Shown here: positions 61,950-64,000 of the stretch, piece after piece | Layout: every line of letters starts with the position of its first letter | Position numbering within the stretch: the first letter of the stretch is position 1 | Source: Raja brachyura | Taxonomy: Eukaryota | DNA length: 64,000 nucleotides | NCBI GenBank assembly: GCA_963514005.1 | Contig: OY740781.1 | Span: 170,438,001 to 170,502,000, forward strand | Reading direction: 5' to 3' | Program-made: the position numbers and the translations under genes | The notes under the pieces: model-generated | Told to the model about the DNA's origin: nothing | The model's input: the letters and a program-made list of their open reading frames with translations, nothing else | The model's database searches: none

Positions 61950-62915
61950 AAGTAGACCAGGATCTTTAGTAAGCATGGTTTTCCCACTGCGGTCATAGAT
62001 AGAGGAGACACAGTTGAGAGATCTGTGTCCCATAGTTCTGATCTCCTTCCCCCTTCCCCTGGACAAAATAAGGATATATTTCCCCTGGTCTTTTCCTTTC
62101 ACCCCACCAGCCTCCGCACCCAAAACATAATTCCCTGAGATTTCTGCCACCTCCAAAGTGATTCCGCTACCTATCACATTTTACCATCCCAACCCCTTTT
62201 GCTTTCCACAGAGACCACTTACTCTGCAACTCATTAGTTCACTCATTCCTTCCTGCCCAAACCATCCCCTCCCCAGGTACTTTCCCTTGCAATTGAAGGA
62301 GATATCTCTACACATACAGCCTCATATCCATCCAAGGGCCCCAGCAATCCTTCCTGGTGAGTCAGAGGTTCACAAGCATCTCTTATAACCACAACTAGTG
62401 CAGTCAGTGCTCCCATGTGGCCTCCTTTACACCAGTGAGGTCAAACATAGATTCAGTGACCATTACACCAAACGTTTGGACTTGGACTTCCAAGGCCTGC
62501 TGAATCTTCTGCTTGTTAAATATTTTAATTCCCCTTCCCATTCTCATATCAACCTTTCTGACCTAGAATTCCTCCATTGCTCAACTTAAAATTGGAGGAA
62601 TAGCACCGTACATTCCACAGTGAATTCTCCAATTTTAAGTAACTAACCAACATGGACACACCTCCCTTTTCTCCCCACACCCCTCTCTTCCTTGTATCCC
62701 ACCTGGATGCACCTCATAATCCTGTTCCATTTTCCTTTCTCCAGGTCTCCTTTCACCTATATCCTTTCCTCTGGCTTCACATTTCACGCCTCTTCTCTCC
62801 TGATCCTACAACCTTTTGTCTTTTTCATTTCTGGTCTTTATCCAAACATCTACTAATCAATCTCCCCTCCCCTGCATCTACCTGCCATTTGCCTGGCTTT
62901 ATCCTGCAACCTCCA
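61950..62915 (+). mobile_element. Penelope-like element, decayed RT-thumb/GIY-YIG region and 3' UTR
   Basis: GFPTAVIDR, PLVFSFHPTSL, PRYFPC, CGLLYTSEVKHRFSD (degenerate YIGET), YFNSPSHS. Confidence 0.8.
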
Positions 62916-62924
62916 AGTCGTAAT

Positions 62925-63168
62925 TAAATACCGGAGAGGTGCCGGAAGACTCGAGGGTGCAAAATGTTGTGCCTCTATTCAGGAAGGGAAAATGCTGGGA
63001 ACTGTAGGCCGGTGAGCTTAACATCTGTAGTTGGTAAGTTACTGGTAAGTATTCTGAGGGATAGGTTATACCGGCATTTGGATGGGCAAGGGCTGATTAG
63101 GGATAGTCAGCATGGTTTTGTACGTGGTAGGACATGTCTCAAAAATTTGATTGAGGTTTTTGAAGACG
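62925..63168 (+). mobile_element. CR1 RT N-terminal fragment
   Basis: GNCRPVSLTSVVGKLL...SQHGFVRGRTCLKNLIEVFE. Confidence 0.9.
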
Positions 63169-63169
63169 C

Positions 63170-64000
63170 TTCAGGCAATTCCTTTTTTTCTCCCAAAAAG
63201 TTTTTTTTTTTAAATTGACACTATAGTTAATAATTTTGTCTGGGATTACAAAAGTCATAGAATAAGTAAAAAACACTTATGTAAGTCTAAGATAAATGGA
63301 GGGCTGGCACTTCCAAATTTTCTATATTACTTTTGGGCAGTCCAGATTAAGAATATGAATTTTTGGTGGGTAAATATGGATGTTGAACCAATGTGGTTAA
63401 AAATGGAAAAGGAAGACTGTTTACCTTTCAATATAGAGTCGATTATTTTCGCACCAAAGGAAGTACAAAAAAAGACTTATAGGGACAACCCTATAATTCA
63501 TAATAATAGGCGTATTTGGAAACAGATAGTTAAGACCCTATATCTGGATAATCTTTCTTTTAGGTTACCAATTAGGAATAACTCACTGTTTAAACCCTCA
63601 ATCTTAGATGCGGGGTTTAGACTGTGGGAGGATTCAGGAATTAAAAGGATAGGACACCTTTACAGAAATGGAAAATTTTTATTATTTGAAGAGTTACAAG
63701 ATATTTTTGGATTACCTTCACAACACCATTTTAGGTATTTACAAATTAGAGATTTTATTAAATGTAACACACAAGACTATAAAAAAAAAGAACCAGGCTT
63801 ATTAGATGAGCTGTTTAATTTACATCCAAATACGGATAAGCTTATAGCTTATATATACAATATTATTTTAGATAAAGAGAACCCAACAACTGAAACATAT
63901 CGTCAAGCATGGGAAAATGAAATTGGATTACCTATAACAAAAGAAACTTGGGAAGAATGCTTACAAAGAATACATTGGTGTTCTTTGAATGCCAGACACA
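63170..64000 (+). mobile_element. L1-clade LINE ORF2 (post-RT region), 5'-truncated, runs off the window
   Basis: Stop-free frame 63214-64000: NFVWDYKSHRISKKHL...GGLALPNFLYYFWA...FRYLQIRDF...AWENEIG...CSLNARH. Confidence 0.9.

Overview
Eukaryotic, AT-rich, repeat-dense non-coding DNA from a vertebrate. It is most likely a cartilaginous fish (skate, ray or shark), inferred from HE1-type V-SINEs paired with HER1/CR1 LINEs. I find no supportable host protein-coding exon. A CpG-rich promoter or first-exon-like segment at about 2.6-4.7 kb points leftward, and the rest looks like upstream intergenic DNA. That DNA is filled with CR1, Rex1/Babar, RTE, L1 and Penelope-like retroelements, a Gypsy fossil, PIF/Harbinger and hAT MITEs, and non-autonomous LINE-tailed elements. 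The most notable signal is RNA-structural. First, a ~140-bp TSD-flanked retroposon occurs in two copies, and its first ~54 nt fold by eye into a minimal, P4-less HDV/CPEB3-like self-cleaving ribozyme. Second, many Penelope-derived ~100-bp insertions carry minimal hammerhead ribozyme cores, including a tandem cluster. Third, a GC-rich LINE-tailed family conserves a hairpin. Family assignments come from motif recognition, not database searches. Boundaries of old repeats are approximate.
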